NCBI GenBank assembly: GCA_963422645.2
Contig: CAXXVO010000008.1
Span: 448,001-512,000, forward strand
Direction: 5' to 3'
From: Alphaproteobacteria bacterium
GTDB taxonomy: Bacteria > Pseudomonadota > Alphaproteobacteria > UBA828
DNA length: 64,000 bases
In this document: one piece after another, positions 54,342 to 64,000 of the stretch
Layout: every line of letters begins with the position of its first letter
How positions within the stretch are numbered: position 1 is the first letter of the stretch
Program-made: the position numbers and the translations under genes
The notes under the pieces: model-generated
What the model was told of the DNA's origin: nothing
The model's database searches: none
Seen by the model: only the letters and a program-made list of their open reading frames with translations

Positions 54342-54703
54342 TACTCCGCCTCCGGCGTCGGGCCGCGCTTAGGCGGGATTGCCGGTTCAAGCAGAGAGAT
54401 CAGTTCCGGCAAGTCACCCTGTACCGTTTTCCAGACGATATCGAGGTTGATGTCGAAATATGCATGCACGAGTCGATTGCGCATCCCGACGATCCGTTCC
54501 CACGGAATCTCCGGCAAACGCTGGCGTGTGGGTTCGGTGACCTGCGTTGCCGCCTCGCCGACAATCTCGACATCCTTGAGCAGCGCAAGGAGCAGTTGGC
54601 GATCCTTGTCGAGGTCGCCGCGCGTCCGTCCTCTAGCGAAGGCGACCGCTTCTCGCGCGGCGTCCAGCATGTGCCGCAAACGGATCTCGTCATCCTTGCG
54701 CAT
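54341..54703 (-). CDS. hepT: HEPN/DUF86 ribonuclease toxin (HepT-like)
   Basis: EIVGEAA, IPW..IVGMRNRLVHAY (RX4HXY). Confidence 0.9.
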   Translation of the reverse strand: MRKDDEIRLRHMLDAAREAVAFARGRTRGDLDKDRQLLLALLKDVEIVGEAATQVTEPTRQRLPEIPWERIVGMRNRLVHAYFDINLDIVWKTVQGDLPELISLLEPAIPPKRGPTPEAE

Positions 54704-54995
54704 ACTGGACTTCCGCCGTGTCGAGGACTTCCTGGCGGAAATAGCGGCTCAGATCCTCCGGGGTTCGCAGGTCGACCTTGCGGCCGCCGAACAGGGTCGA
54801 GAGCTCGATCTCCATGCCAGCCACGCCCAACAGGCCGGGAGTGCGACCTGGCGCGAACTCGACCAGCACGTCGACATCGCTCTCGGGACCGAATTCGCTC
54901 CGCAATGCGGAGCCGAAGATGGCGAGCCGACGGATGCCGTGCGCCTGGCAGAATTCAGTCAGTTCGGACTTCGGGATCGATAGGCGCGGGTTCAT
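54690..54995 (-). CDS. mntA: Minimal nucleotidyltransferase antitoxin (MntA-like)
   Basis: FGSALRSEFGPESDVDVLVEF (GSX10DXD), RKVDL. Confidence 0.9.
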   Translation of the reverse strand: MNPRLSIPKSELTEFCQAHGIRRLAIFGSALRSEFGPESDVDVLVEFAPGRTPGLLGVAGMEIELSTLFGGRKVDLRTPEDLSRYFRQEVLDTAEVQYAQG

Positions 54996-54997
54996 GT

Positions 54998-57598
54998 CTA
55001 AATCGCCTTGTTGGCGTCGACATCGAAGCCGGCGACCTTCAATTCTTGAACGAGTCTTACCCTCCAGCCGCCCCCATCGTCCAGCTCAGTATAAACCACT
55101 CCGTCGTAGTCCGACGGGGTTTCCACATCGCCTTTGACAAGGGGACAGACACACTCCCGGCCAAGCTTCCCGAGGAAGAAGCCCAGCTCCAGAATGACGT
55201 TCTGCCGAGCGCGAGGCTTGAGGTCGAACTTCTCATCATTCCGCTTACCCACATCGTCCGGGGTCAAGAGGACAACCGCGAAAGGGACATCCGCATGATC
55301 CACGAACTTTTCGATGATCGTGCGGCCCTTGTTCGCCTGTTCGTGTAGGATGATCGGCTGGAGTTCCAGGTTCTGCAGAAATCTCGCAACCGTTTCCCGA
55401 GCGGCTCCGTCGTGCCCGTGGATGACGAAAACTCTATTGCTCTTGTGCACCATATCATCATCGGCATTGGAGCCGTCAGAAGCCCGCCCCGTCTCTGGCC
55501 AGTCCTCCTCAACTTCCTCAATCCAAGAATTTAGCAAGGTTGCGGCTCTATCCACATTGGTGCCGCTATCTTCATGCAGATGAATTATCAAGCTGCGGTC
55601 GAAGTCTCTGGGATAATCACTCTGACTACCGAATATGTAACTGCCCAGGTCGTCTGATTTGTCATTTTGGGCCAGTGGATTGAGGCGTTTCTCGTTCGGA
55701 GTTGGTGGAAAGGGCTTGACGGGAATTTCGGGAAATGACTCAACAACGACATGAGCAATCCCGAGTCGCCGCGCGGCCCTTCGACGGGAGCAGCGCCCGA
55801 AACGCCCGCGCAGAAGATCGCCCGCCTGGAGGAGGAGAACGCCCGGCTTCGGGAGGAAAATGCCTGGCTTCGGCAGCAGAACGCGCGGCTGGAAGAGCAA
55901 GTCGCGCGTCTCGTCGAGCGCATCGAGGAGTTGGAGCGCCGTCTCGGCCTCAACAGCGGCAAGCCGCCTTCGAGCGATGGGCTGAGGAAGCCGAATTCGA
56001 AGCGGCGAACCCGAAGCCTGCGCGGCAAATCGGGCCGCAAGCCCGGTGGCCAGCCCGGCCACAAGGGCAAGACGCTGCGCCGCGCCGATCACCCGGATCG
56101 GGTGAAGGATCACGTCCCGGCTTCCTGCAAGGGATGCGGTTCGCCGCTTTCGGACGCGGCCAGGGCGGGAACGCCCGTCGCCCGCCAGGTGTTCGATCTG
56201 CCCGAGCCGAGCCCCCTGGAGGTGACCGAGCACCGGGCGCATGCCAAGTGCTGCGGGCATTGCGGGACGGTGACCCGGGCGGCGTTCCCCGACGGGGTGT
56301 CGGCGCCGGTGCAGTACGGCCCGCGCATTGCCGGGGTGGCGGTCTACCTTCAGCACGCTCACTTCCTGCCGGAGGATCGGCTGTCGCAGGTGATGGCCGA
56401 GCTCTTCGGCGCGCCGGTGACGGCTGCGACGTTGGCGACGATGAGCGAGAGGGCGGCCGAGCGGCTGCGGGACGCGGCCTTGCACATACAGGACCTGGCG
56501 GCGGGCACGGCGCGGGTGAAACACATGGACGAGACCGGCTTGCGGATCGGCGGTCAGACGCAGTGGCTTCATGTGATCTGCACGCCGCTGCTGGCGGCGT
56601 ACCGGGTCAGCGGCAAGCGCGGCGCCCTGCTCTCGGGTGTCTCCGGCATCGTCGTGCACGATCACTGGAAGCCGTACTTCGCGATGGAAGGGGTGGAGCA
56701 CGGCCTGTGCAACGCCCATCACCTGCGGGAGTTGCAGGCGCTGGTGGACATCGAAGGGGAGGCTTGGGCCCGGCGGATGCAGCAGCTCCTGCGCCGAGCC
56801 AATCGCGCCGCCCGCATCGCGCTGGACAAGGATATCGCCGTTCCGGCGAGGCTTGTGGCGCTGATCGAGCGCCGATACGACGAGATCATCGCCGATGCGC
56901 TGGCCTTTCACGAGAGCCAACCACCGTTCTCGCCTGGCAAGAGGAAGAAGCGCCGGAAGCGAAGGATCGGTCACAATCTGGCCTTGAGGCTGCGCGACCA
57001 CAAATGCGCGGTGCTCCGGTTCCTGATCGACCTCGAGGTCGGGTTCACGAACAACGAGGCCGAGCGCGACCTTCGGATGATGAAGCTGCGCCAGAAGATC
57101 TCCGGGGGCTTCCGGTCCGCGCAGGGGGCCGAGAACTTCGCCATCCTGCGCAGCGTCATCACCACCGCCAGAAAGCAGGGCTGGAATATCATCGAAGCCC
57201 TGACCAGCCCATCGGATCGGCTCATCGCCACCGTCAAGTGCGCGTAAGCTCACCTGGCACGGGTTCTCCAACAGCGGAGCCATTCTCATAAACGATCATG
57301 GTCGACGCCGTGCTGGACCACCCCATAGAATGAAAATCGGTGCCCGTCGCGCGGGCGGACTTCGGGCCACATCGGGGTAGCTTACCGGTCGCAGTCCGCA
57401 AGAGGGGCATCGTGAGCTGTGAAACCCGGCGACCACAGAGGAGCACACGGGCGTCGCGTGGGTAGCGTTGTGCCGAATCCCAGAGAATTTTCACAGCAAG
57501 AACCTGGGCAGTTACCCGAATATTCTCTTTAGGTCTTGACTAGTAGAAGTTTTCCATTTCTGAAAATCCGAATTGCCATGCTTTAGACCCCGTAAACT
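54998..57598 (-). pseudogene. TIR-domain protein (CAP12/Pycsar-type TIR), split by IS66 and cut at its 5' end by a type C IS end
   Basis: VFVIHGHD, GRTIIEKF, LLTPDD, RARQNVILELGFF, PSDYDG; the frame continues across the TSD (..DFQKWKTSTSQDLKR|IFGSQSDY). Confidence 0.85.
55637..57515 (+). mobile_element. IS66 type A, copy 3 (transposase 55751-57247)
   Basis: IRs; 8-bp TSD CCGAATAT. Confidence 0.95.
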
Positions 57599-57711
57599 CA
57601 GACTTCCTGACCTCGTGATGCTGGCTGTTCTGGGCAGCGTGCCGGGAACTCCTTGAATTCTGATACATTTCGGTTGTTTCAGGCGGTTTTTCGCTGGGTG
57701 TCGCGCCCGAG
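57599..57711 (+). mobile_element. 113-bp left-end remnant of the type C IS, cut by IS21
   Basis: Matches the first 113 bp of 6594 onward; preceded by AAACT (ANNNT). Confidence 0.9.
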
Positions 57712-60262
57712 TGTCAATCGGCTTTCAATACTGACCCCCGATCGGCGTGCAAAATTGACCCCCCTGAGTGGCACGGCGGAGGTTGTCCCGGTAGCCAATA
57801 GGGGGGACCCGCGCGGCTTCGTGTGGCGCCCTGCGCTACGCGGAGCGAAGCCGCGTGGGGGGTCCCTGTTGGCCCACCGGGGCAACCGGGCCGCAAGGGA
57901 GGCCGGCGGCGGGTCAGGAGCGGTTCTTGAAGCGCCAGCTCTCGTTGCCGGTCTCGATGATCTCGCAATGATGGGTGAGGCGATCGAGCAGCGCTGTGGT
58001 CATCTTGGGGTCGCCGAAGACGGATGGCCATTCGCCGAAGGCGAGGTTTGTGGTGATGACGATCGAGGTGCGCTCGTAGAGCCGGCTCATCAGATGGAAG
58101 AGCAGCTGCCCACCGGCCTGGGCGAAGGGCAGGTAGCCGAGCTCGTCGAGGATGACGAAGTCGCGGCGGACGAGCTGGTCTGCAGTGCGGCCCTGGCGTC
58201 CGGCGCGAAGCTCGGCCTCGAGGAGGTTGACCAGGTCGACGACGTTGTAGCACCGGCCGCGCGCGCCCTTGCGGATGCAGGACCGCGCGATGGCGACGGC
58301 GAGATGGGTCTTGCCGGTACCGGTGCCGCCGACCAGCACGATGTTGCGTTTGCCCTCGAGGAAGCCGCCGCCGGCGAGCTCCTGGATCAGGGGCTCGTTG
58401 ACCGGCGAGGCGGCGAAGTCGAAGTCGGCCAGCTCCTTGACCGTCGGCAGCTTGGCGGAGGCCATCTGGTACTTGATCGAGCGGGCCCTCTTGTCGGCGA
58501 TCTCGACCTGCAGCAGCGTACCGATGATCTGTTGCACCGGATGGCGGCGCTTGAGCCCGTCGGCAAGGATGTCGTCGTAAGCGGCGCGCATACCTGCGAG
58601 CTTCAGCTGGGTCATCATCTCCAGCACATCATGACGCTCCATGACCGGCCTCCCTCAGGCTGTCGTAGCGCTGACAGTCGGCTACCGGCTTGTGGCGAAG
58701 CTGCAGGCCCTCGGGCGTCGGGATGATTGCCGGCGGTGCCGGCTGGCGCTGCCGGGCGAGGATGTTGAGCACCACGTCGGCGCTGCAGGCACCGCAGTCG
58801 AGCGTCTCGGCACAGGCCGCCTCAACCGCCTCCAGTCCGTCCTCCAGCACCGCCGCGAGCACCTTGACGAACTGCCGGTCGCCGTCGTCGTGGCCCGCGA
58901 GCCGGGTTCGCAGGCGGCCGAGCGCGTTGGGCAACTGCCAGTCCTTGAAGGGCGCGCCATTGCGTAGCGCGCCGGGCTTCCGCGTCAGGATCGGCACGTA
59001 ATGCCACGGATCGTAGACGAACCGGCCGCGCCCGAAGCTGCGGGGGTGCTCGGCAACGGTCTCGCCGTCCTGGCGGATGACGATCCGATCGGCATAGGCC
59101 CGCACGTCCACCGGCCGGCCGACGGCGCGGGCCGCGACGCTGTACTGGTTGTTGTCGAAGCGCACCAGACAGGTCTTCGAGACCGACACCTCGCTGGCAT
59201 GGAAGCCGTCGAAGGGGCCGCGATACGCCATCAGGAAGGGCTGCTCCTCCTCGAACACCTGCCACACCGTCTTGCCCGGGATTGTCGGATGCGGATGCTT
59301 CTTGGCGTCCTCGATGCACCGATCCATCAGCCACTCGTTGATCTCGGCGTAGGAGCGGCCCCGCGGGATGGGCACGAACAGGCGGCCGCGAAGGTCACCC
59401 ACCTGCTTCTCGACCTGCCCCTTCTCCCAGCCAGCCCCTGGCGTGCACGCCACAGGCTCCACCAGATGGTGCGAGCACAGCTCCTGGAAGCGGCGGTTGT
59501 AGTCCCGCTTCTTGCCCACGAAGATCGTGCTCACCGCCGTCTTCATGTTGTCGTAGATGCCCCGCCGGCAGACCCCGCCGAAGAAGCGGAAGGCACGCTC
59601 GTGCGCCTCGAAGACCATCTCCTGGCTCTCGCGGGGAAAGATCTGGACCAGATACATCCGGCTGTGGCACAGCCGCATGTGCGCCGCCTTCACCCTGGTC
59701 GTCGCGCCCGACAGACGCGCGTACTCGTGGCTCCAGTCGAACTGGTAGGCCTCGCCGGGATCGAAGATCAGCGGCACATAGGCCTGCGCCGGCGACAACA
59801 GCCGCCACCGGCGCCGCCAGGCCCTGGCATAGCGGCGAACCGCGTCATAGCCGCCCTTGTAGCCCAGCGACACAAGGTCTTCATGAATCCGCAGAAGAGA
59901 CAGCCGATCCTTGCGTGCCTTCTTCTCGTTGGCCTTCAGCTGGCGCTCAAGCTCCTCCACCCACAGCCCAAGCTTCGGCATCGGCTGGATCTTGCGCTCG
60001 TAGCTGTGCGAGGTCGCATCGCCCCGCACCACCTTGCGTATCGTGTTCTTGGAAACCCTCAAATCCCGGGCGAGCTTCTTGATCGGAACGCCCTTCACCA
60101 GATGATCCCGACGGATCTTCGCGATCGTTTCCACAACCAGCATCTCCCCCACCACCCCGTCCGTCCAAACGACGAGGTGTGTTCATGGACACAAATCCAA
60201 GGGGGTCAATTTTGGACGCCGATCACCCCCAATAGGGGGTCACTTTTCCACGCTTAACAACA
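57712..60262 (-). mobile_element. IS21 copy 2 (istB 57914-58642, istA 58629-60155)
   Basis: Proteins and ends identical to copy 1; no TSD. Confidence 0.95.
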
Positions 60263-60748
60263 GTCCTCACCCTCGTGCCACTTCCTGGGGCGCTCGCGCA
60301 CCAGGCCGCGATTGCGCATCGCCCGCGTCAGCGTCGCGTAGGACGGCATCGGGCCGAGCTCGGGATGGGTCGCAACATGAGCCTTGAGGGTCTCGTAGTG
60401 GAGCTGCGCCGCCCACGAGGGATGGACCCGGTACTGCTCGCGCAGCGCCGCGATCAGCCCCGCCGACATGGACCGCTCGCGGCCGACGTCGGTCCGAGGC
60501 TTCCGGCGCAGCGCCTTGACCGGGTCCTGCTCCTCTGCCCGCGCCCGGTAGTACCAGCGCTCGATCGTCGAGGCCGCAAAGCGCACCGGCCCCTTGCCCG
60601 ACGGGTGCTCCCAGTCGCGCTGCGACAGACGCTCGAACTCGGCCCCCAGCTGGCCTGCAGGCGGCGGTGAAGCCAGAAGCGGCCCCACCACCGCAAAGCG
60701 CAGCCGGGCCCACTTCTCGCGCCTGGCGCCTGCGTCGTCCTTGTCCAT
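60263..60748 (-). pseudogene. N-terminal HTH part of a DDE integrase/transposase, truncated by IS21
   Basis: ARLRFAVVGPLL, STIERWYYRAR, RKPRTD.G, PSYATL.R. Confidence 0.75.
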
Positions 60749-60797
60749 TCCGGCATCCCTCCCTCGCCGCATCGGAGAGATGCCCATGTAGAACGCC

Positions 60798-61415
60798 CTA
60801 TCCGGGCGTGACAGGAACACTTTCTGCGGGCGGCGCCGAGCCATCGCCGAGCCCGCAATAGCCCGTCCACGGCTTGAACCAGATCAGGCTCAGGAACAGA
60901 CGCTCACCGAAGCGTCCGCCCCGCATCTGCCGCAGCACGAAGAGCAGCGGCACCTCCTCGGGTGGCATCACCAGTTCGCCACGCTTCGCTCCCCAGGGCT
61001 CCGTCGCCGGGAACGCCTCCAGCCACCACTTCCGCCAGCGGCGCAGTGTGGCGACCGAGACCCCCCACTTCCGCTTGATCGTCTGCAACCGCACCCCGCC
61101 TCTCAGAACCAGTGCACTCAACAGAACGAACAGGGCGCCCAGATAAAAGCGGCGCCCGAAGAATCGTACCGATGGTGGGGTCGCTCGCAGGCGGCAATCC
61201 GCGCAGCAGAAGCTGAACCGCCGCGTGCCCTCTTCCCTCAACTCGGCTGCCAGACCGTACGGCTTGCGCGGATACGTCGCGCTGTGCAGCTTGCCGGGGC
61301 AGTGTCGGCAGCCCGCCTCGCGGCAGCGCGCCGCCTCGGCCTCATCGACCTCGCGCAGCCAGGCCCAGACCAGGGCGTTGCAAAGCATGGAGTGGCGGAA
61401 AATGTTGTGCGACAT
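60798..61415 (-). CDS. Cys-rich zinc-ribbon/HTH accessory protein of a multi-gene transposon
   Basis: CRHCPGKLHSATYPRKP, FSFCCADCR.R.TPPSVRF.GRR, TLRRWRKWW; directly upstream of the DDE gene; putative TG end near 61565. Confidence 0.7.
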   Translation of the reverse strand: MSHNIFRHSMLCNALVWAWLREVDEAEAARCREAGCRHCPGKLHSATYPRKPYGLAAELREEGTRRFSFCCADCRLRATPPSVRFFGRRFYLGALFVLLSALVLRGGVRLQTIKRKWGVSVATLRRWRKWWLEAFPATEPWGAKRGELVMPPEEVPLLFVLRQMRGGRFGERLFLSLIWFKPWTGYCGLGDGSAPPAESVPVTPG

Positions 61416-61565
61416 TGGGGCCGTCTCTGGCGATTGTGACCGTCACCACGAGACAAAGCCCCCCGGCGAACTTCTTGCAAGTTCGCCGAGGGGCACCCGC
61501 CCCAAAACCTCAACAAATCCGAGCGGATCAGGCCCCGATCCCCGCTGAAAGACCGCGCGCGCTCA

Positions 61566-63247
61566 CTGGCCGCGATCATGGCCGTCGAGGCCGACGAGGG
61601 TTCGTGACAGTGTCGCGCTGGCACGAGGACCTCGCTGCCCACGACGAGGCCTTCGCGTGCCTGCAGGACCTTTTCACCCCACAATCCTTCGCAATGACCG
61701 CCGTCAAAGCCATTCGGGAATGGGGCCAGAGGTTGCTGCGCCTGAGCGCGGCCCTGGTCAAGGAGAACGACGCGCTGGAGCGGGAGAACGCCCGCTTGCG
61801 CGAGCGGATCGCCGAACTCGAGCGCAGCGCCGCGCTCGACAGCACCACCAGCTCCAAGCCGCCGGCCAGCGACGGTCTGAAGAAGAAGAGCGGTGACCGG
61901 GAGAAGCGCACCCGGAGCCAGCGCGGCAAGTCCGACAGGCCCAGTGGCGGCCAGCCGGGCCACAAGGGAACTACCCTGGAGCGGACCGCGACGCCCGACC
62001 ATGTCGTCGATCATGATCCGTCCGCCTGTGAGGGCTGCGGCGCGCCGCTGTCGGACGCTGACCGTCACGGAGCCCCCGTCTGCCGGCAGGTCTTCGATGT
62101 GCCCGAGCCGCAGCCCCTCGAGGTCACCGAACATCGCGGCCATCGTTGCCTCTGCGCTGCCTGCGGCACCGTGACGACAGCCGTCTTCCCGAACGGCGTG
62201 AGCGCACCGGTCCAATACGGGCCGCGCATCACCGCGTGGGTGACCTACCTGCTGCACGCTCAGTTCATTCCCGAGAAGCGGGTCGCCGAGGTCATGAGCG
62301 ACCTCTTCGCGGTCAAGCTCTCAACAGCCACCATCGTCGCCATGGGAAGGCGCACCGCCCGGCGCTTCGAGGGCTTCCTCGATCGCCTCGCGGAGATCAT
62401 CCGCACCGCAGCCCCAGTCAAACACCTCGACGAGACCGGCATCCGCATCGCCGCCCGGACCCATTGGCTCCATGTGCTGTGCACCCCGTTGCTCACCATC
62501 CTGCGCGTCGCCACCGGGCGCAGCCACATCGACGAGAAGCTCAACGGCATCGTCATCCATGACGACTACGCCACCTACTTCGCTCTCGAGGGCGTGCGCC
62601 ACGGGGCCTGCAACGCCCATCACCTGCGCGAGCTCCAAGCCCTCATCGAGATCGAGAAGGAAGACTGGGCAACGAGCACGCACCGGCTCCTCATCCGTGC
62701 CAACAGAGCCGCCCGCTTCGCCCACAAGAACGACCGCGACGTGCCCGCCTCACTGGTGGCCCGCATCTCGCGAGCCTGGGACCGCATCCTCGAACGTGCC
62801 ATCGCCTCTCACGAAGAAATGCCACCGCTCCAGACCGGAAAGCGCGGACGACAAAAGCGCCGCATCGGTCACAACCTCGCCCTCCGACTCCAGAAGTACA
62901 AGGAGGGGTGCCTGCGCTTCCTCACCGATCCGCGAACCCCCTTCTCCAACAACGAGGCCGAGCGCGACCTCCGAATGGGCAAGCTGCGCCAGAAAATCTC
63001 AGGCGGCTTCCGCTCGATACAAGGCGCCCGCGACTTCGCAAACCTGCGATCCGTCATCGCCACCGCTCGAAAACAGCGCTGGAATGTCCTCGAAACCCTG
63101 GCGCACCCCGATCCAATCCAGCTGATCCCCTTATTGCGCTTCTGAAATCCTGCGCTGCTCCGGGAAAGCGCCGCCTGACCCCTGGCTGGTCAGAACCATC
63201 AATCCATCACGTCCGAGTGCTCGGCAGAATCAGACCTGGGCAGTTAC
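61566..63247 (+). mobile_element. Divergent second member of the methyltransferase-IS66 family, 5'-truncated
   Basis: MTase tail LAAIMAVEADEGS* at 61566-61607; right IR CCTGGGCAGTTAC at 63247. Confidence 0.85.
61604..63145 (+). CDS. tnpC: IS66 transposase (type B')
   Basis: GTG start overlapping the MTase stop; VTVSRWHEDLAA N-terminus as in type B; HLDETG, NNEAERDLR. Confidence 0.9.
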   Translation: MTVSRWHEDLAAHDEAFACLQDLFTPQSFAMTAVKAIREWGQRLLRLSAALVKENDALERENARLRERIAELERSAALDSTTSSKPPASDGLKKKSGDREKRTRSQRGKSDRPSGGQPGHKGTTLERTATPDHVVDHDPSACEGCGAPLSDADRHGAPVCRQVFDVPEPQPLEVTEHRGHRCLCAACGTVTTAVFPNGVSAPVQYGPRITAWVTYLLHAQFIPEKRVAEVMSDLFAVKLSTATIVAMGRRTARRFEGFLDRLAEIIRTAAPVKHLDETGIRIAARTHWLHVLCTPLLTILRVATGRSHIDEKLNGIVIHDDYATYFALEGVRHGACNAHHLRELQALIEIEKEDWATSTHRLLIRANRAARFAHKNDRDVPASLVARISRAWDRILERAIASHEEMPPLQTGKRGRQKRRIGHNLALRLQKYKEGCLRFLTDPRTPFSNNEAERDLRMGKLRQKISGGFRSIQGARDFANLRSVIATARKQRWNVLETLAHPDPIQLIPLLRF

Positions 63248-63432
63248 TGAAAATCGGTGCCCGTCGCGCGGGCGGACTTCGGGCCACATCGGGGTAGCTT
63301 ACCGGTCGCAGTCCGCAAGAGGGGCATCGTGAGCTGTGAAACCCGGCGACCCCAGAGGAGCACACGGGCGTCGCGTGGGTAGCGTTGTGCCGAATCCCAG
63401 AGAATTTTCACAGCAAGAACCTGGGCAGTTAC
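63248..63432 (+). mobile_element. Right-end fragment of IS66 type A
   Basis: Matches 57331-57515 with one substitution. Confidence 0.9.
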
Positions 63433-63449
63433 ATAACTTTTGGCGGCCT

Positions 63450-63661
63450 ATTCCGGCTCAAGGCGGCTCAAAGTGGCTCAAAGTGGCCCAAAGTGGTCCA
63501 GGGCGGGCGGCTCAAAGCGGTCCAAGGTGGCGAATTCCGGTTCAAGGTCGCGCACGCGCGCAGCATCGTGCGCGCGAAATCAAGGGTCGCGCGCGCGTCT
63601 CCCGCACCTGAATCGCGCACGCGCGCAGCGTCGTGCGCGCGAAACCAAGAGTCGCGGGCGC
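63450..63661. repeat. 10-bp tandem repeats (GGCTCAAAGT-like) plus two ~49-bp semi-palindromic direct repeats
   Basis: Decamers at 63455-63530; TCGCGCACGCGCGCAGC..TCGTGCGCGCGAAA at 63548 and 63613. Confidence 0.75.
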
Positions 63662-63930
63662 GGCAACAAGGTTCATCCCATCCATCCGTCTTGCTCGCCG
63701 TGAGCCGCTCGCTCTCGCACCGCATGGCGCGATCCTGACGCAGGCATCCCACCCTGTGCACCGCACCATCGTCCGGGTCCCGCGCGCGGAACGAAGTCGC
63801 GCTGGCCTGCCGAAATGCCGATGCCCGAGGACTTCCGCGCGACTGAAGGGCTACGGCGGGTTTGTGCTAGGTTTCGCAAGGTTCAACGGATGCCCGGCAC
63901 CCGTGCGGGCGAGCAGGCGGGGAGCGGACC

Positions 63931-64000
63931 ATGGCTAGAATCGTGCGATTCCACGAGACCGGCGGCCCCGATGTGCTGCGCCTCGACGAGGTGCCGGAGG
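63931..64000 (+). CDS. N-terminus of an MDR/quinone oxidoreductase-family protein (runs off the window)
   Basis: RBS GGAG; MARIVRFHETGGPDVLRLDEVPE. Confidence 0.7.
   Translation, partial: MARIVRFHETGGPDVLRLDEVPE

Noticed and set aside
54998-57289. 763-aa ORF that looks like a novel TIR fusion
   Set aside because: Its N-terminal ~550 aa are the antisense frame of the inserted IS66 (TSD CCGAATAT); only the C-terminal part is the real TIR gene
48160-57515. Composite transposon formed by the inverted IS66 copies 2 and 3
   Set aside because: Copy 3 has its own TSD and the outer flanks do not match
63450-63661. Possible CRISPR array
   Set aside because: Only two long units with a ~16-bp spacer, and no cas genes

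Overview
High-GC bacterial DNA, probably from an alphaproteobacterium (inferred from gene content). By my hand count about 25 kb (~40%) is insertion-sequence DNA: two IS21 copies, three copies plus a fragment of a single-ORF IS66, two relatives of an IS66 that carries a DNA adenine methyltransferase, three copies plus a fragment of an unclassified ~2.5-kb IS with ANNNT target duplications, one IS1595, and a truncated multi-gene DDE transposon. Metabolic genes lie between the IS: exported nucleotidase and nucleosidase, an SDR/BtpA/FGGY kinase group with a sugar ABC transporter, PhyH dioxygenase, threonine aldolase, MFS, amidohydrolase, asparaginase, and a glutamate-synthase-like glxBCD trio. 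A decayed integrase/defence island (TIR - MNT - HEPN - Type III Res) follows. Removing IS at their target duplications restores an HNH nuclease, part of a TIR protein and a 157-aa orphan. The best candidates for undescribed systems are (i) the IS66 whose transposase is translationally coupled to a compact Dam-like methyltransferase, (ii) an apparently split cucumopine-synthase-like gene pair heading the glxBCD operon, and (iii) the TIR/MNT-HEPN cassette coupled to a Type III Res gene. No rRNA, tRNA or CRISPR array was recognised. Family assignments come from motifs recognised by eye, not from database searches.
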